A DNA stretch of 64,000 nucleotides. Origin: Octopus vulgaris. Lineage: Eukaryota. The notes under the pieces were generated by a model, which was not told where the DNA came from, did no database searches, and saw only the letters and a program-made list of their open reading frames with translations. This document shows, one piece after another, positions 60,907 through 64,000 of this stretch (position 1 is its first letter; each line of letters begins with the position of its first letter). Made by a program: the position numbers and the translations under genes. Location of the stretch: contig OX597830.1 in NCBI GenBank assembly GCA_951406725.2, positions 26,412,001 to 26,476,000 on the forward strand, in the 5' to 3' direction.

Positions 60907-61193
60907 CTGATCAAAGATATAGGTACACATATGCATACAAATATAAGTACATACATACACACGCACAAACATATACACACACAAACATATATACAGGTAT
61001 GGTGATACAAACAGGAGAATTAGAACTCAAAATATGAGTATATGTATATTTTTAATATCTATCAGGAGCAATAGAGTGACTCAGGATCCGAGAGTTTCGT
61101 GCGTTGACATCAAAGTTCGATAATTGCACACTCATAAAATGCTGGGACCTTGAGTCACTCAATTACTTCTGCTAAATATCTATCTGTCTGTCA

Positions 61194-61243
<50 letters not shown>

Positions 61244-61345
61244 ATATCTATCTATCTTACTTTCTATCTATCTATCTATCAATCTATCTATCTATCTATC
61301 AATCTATCTATCTATCTATCTATCTATCTATATATCTATCTACCA

Positions 61346-61415
<70 letters not shown>

Positions 61416-61484
61416 TTATCTATCTATCCATCTATCTATCTACTAATCTCTCTCTCTCTCTATCTATCTATTTATCTGTCTATG

Positions 61485-61528
<44 letters not shown>

Positions 61529-61643
61529 CTAATCTCTCTCTCTCTCTCTCTATCTATTTATCTGTCTATGTCTATCTATCTATCTATCTATATATATATA
61601 TCTGTCTATCTTCTATCTATCTATCCATCTATCTATCTACTAA

Positions 61644-61674
<31 letters not shown>

Positions 61675-61729
61675 TTATCTGTCTATGTCTATCTATCTAT
61701 CTATATATATATATATATCTGTCTATCTG

Positions 61730-61812
<83 letters not shown>

Positions 61813-61820
<8 letters not shown>

Positions 61821-61996
61821 CGAGACAAAACCACTATTTTAAAACCAAACAAGGAAAGACTTAATCAATACATAAAATTTTAATATAAATTATTTATTTT
61901 ATTTATTTATTTAATTTAATTTATATTAAAATTTTATGTATTGATTAAGTCTTTCCTTGTTTGGTTTTAAAATAGTGGTTTTGTCTCGAATTATAT
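61813..61996. repeat. Perfect inverted repeat, about 80-bp arms and 24-nt spacer
   Basis: ATAATTCGAGACAAAACCACT..ATATAAATTA / TAATTTATAT..AGTGGTTTTGTCTCGAATTAT. Confidence 0.9.
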
Positions 61997-62073
61997 TATA
62001 TAATATTTTACTATAAAATATTTAACCCTAAATCTGATTTTTCCCTGTAATTTTGGATTCATTCCCTAATATT

Positions 62074-62122
<49 letters not shown>

Positions 62123-62126
62123 TCTG

Positions 62127-62173
<47 letters not shown>

Positions 62174-62184
62174 CTCTCTCTATG

Positions 62185-62227
<43 letters not shown>

Positions 62228-62236
62228 GTCGGTTTA

Positions 62237-62928
62237 TCAGCTGAGTCTATCGTCAATATTGTCACGCCTCCTTCCTTCAAACGGGAAGGAAGAGCTATTT
62301 TCATCATCCTTGTGGCTATGGCGAAAGAATGTATCTGGTGGACGCGTCTGAAAGGATTGGAGACAAACACTTTCCTCTCTGGTCAATCTCTCATCAACTT
62401 CTTCAAGTACCACTTGAAAAGGAAAGTGAGAGTAGAGAGGCAAGTTTTGTCTAGCGAATGTTTTAAAAAAAGATGGGTGAATGTAGCAAGAATGGCACGT
62501 ATGAATGACGAAGCCACCTTGAGCATAGTCCTATGAACCCAGAAATCGAAAACAGAGAGTTGCTTATTTGCAAAAAAAAAAAAAAGAAATATAAAATGTG
62601 ACATCATTGACCGAGGTTACCGTGGTCTTTTCCGTAGGCTTTTCTTTGCACGGGTAAACCTCACCTGTCCTCCCCTTTACACTTCATATTGACATTTCTG
62701 TGATAACGATCCCTATTGATCAATTTTTTTTTTTTCCTCCCCCCTTTTTTTTTAAACCCCCCTTTTTTTTGTCCTCTTTCTCTCCTTTTACGATCCCTTT
62801 TGATCGAAACTCCCCCTTCCTTTTTTTTTTTTTTTTTTTTTTTTTTTTCTTAAACCTTCAAAAGAAAAGCTCTACCTTGTAATTTGTTCTATCTGTGTGC
62901 AGCCCTGTGTGGCTAATAAAGAAACATA
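62237..62928 (+). mobile_element. L1/Tx1-like LINE 3' end in (TATC)n
   Basis: ILVAMAKECIWWTR..KRKVRVER..FKKRW resembles a Tx1-type ORF2 C-terminus. Pyrimidine-rich UTR and AATAAA precede the microsatellite. Confidence 0.55.
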
Positions 62929-63032
62929 TCTATCTATCTATCAATCAATCTATCTATCTATCTTTCTGTATGCCTATCTATCTATATATCTATCTATCTG
63001 TCTGTCTGTTTGTCTGTCTGTCTATCTATCTG

Positions 63033-63074
<42 letters not shown>

Positions 63075-63527
63075 CATCTATCTATCTATCTATCATCTAT
63101 CAATCTATCTATCAATCTATCTGTCCATCTATATATCTGTCTGTCTCTCGGTCTGTCTATCTATTTATTCATCTAACAACACATACATACATACATATTT
63201 ACATGCATGCATGCATACATACACCTGCATACAGAGTGACGTACATATTTACACACAGGCACAGAGGTTTTGTGCCGAACAGTACAAGCCAGCCTTTACG
63301 TGCGGGGAGTAATACTCGGTGAAATGCAACATCCGTTCGTTAATAGTTTTAGCTGTGCATTTAGTCGTAGGTTGAGACGAAATTGTCTCCAGCTCCTCTT
63401 GCTTAACCAATTGAGCACAAAAGTGGTATTGACGAGCATACAGAACGAGTCAAATCTATATCCAAATCTTTACTAGGGGCCACCAGCTGGATTGCAGCAA
63501 TTACCCACATCAAACTGAGGCAGTTCT

Positions 63528-63914
63528 TAGGAGGAAGCACTCCGTTGGTTACGATGACGAGGGTTCCGGTTGATCCGAATCAACGGAACAGCCTGTTCGT
63601 GAAATTAACGTATAAGTGGCTGAGCACTCCACAGACACGTGTACCCTTAATGTAGTTCTCGGGGATATTCAGCGTGACACAGAGAGTGACAAGGCCGGCC
63701 CTTTGAAATACAGGTACAACAGAAACAGGAAGTAAGAGTGAGAGAAAGTTGTGGTGAAAGAGTACAGCAGGGATCACCACCATCCCCTGCCGGAGCCTCG
63801 TGGAGCTTTAGGTGTTTTCGCTCAATAAACAATCACAACGCCCAGTCTGGAAATCGAAACCACGATCCTATGACCGCGAGTCCGCTGCCCTAACCACTGG
63901 GCCATTGCGCCTCC
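63528..63914 (-). mobile_element. SINE family C with 14-bp TSD
   Basis: Reverse complement of 21373-21755. TSD ACTGA(G/T)GCAGTTCT at 63514-63527 and 63915-63928. Confidence 0.9.
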
Positions 63915-64000
63915 ACTGATGCAGTTCTACACTGCAAGTGATAATGGTGTTGACGGCGAGCTGGCTGAAACGTTAGCACGCCGGGCGAAATGCTTTGTGG

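Larger units (their letters stand above)
52551..61162. repeat. Segmental duplication copy 2
   Basis: Collinear with 1785-12235. Confidence 0.95.

Overview
AT-rich, microsatellite-dense eukaryotic DNA, most likely octopus. This is inferred from the tRNA-derived SINE families and the TE mix, not verified. Most of the window is transposon debris: SINEs, Penelope-like elements (PLEs), R4/Dong-, CR1- and Tx1-like LINE fragments, Helitron-like elements, a full-length mariner and MITEs. Most ORFs in the track are microsatellite artefacts. One host gene is hidden in it: a spliced + strand gene encoding three PAN/apple domains, probably secreted, with exons at about 41.7, 42.2, 44.3, 49.3, 53.1 and 57.4 kb. 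Its 3' half is also present about 50 kb upstream in a direct segmental duplication (about 1785-12235 vs 52551-61162). By hand count, the duplicated exons differ more than a shared intron (about 7% vs 2%) and almost only non-synonymously, which suggests accelerated protein evolution. PLE tails carry a series of type I hammerhead ribozyme motifs with short palindromic stem III. They also generate long inverted repeats, including a 524-bp near-perfect foldback in an intron of the gene. All alignments and counts were done by eye.
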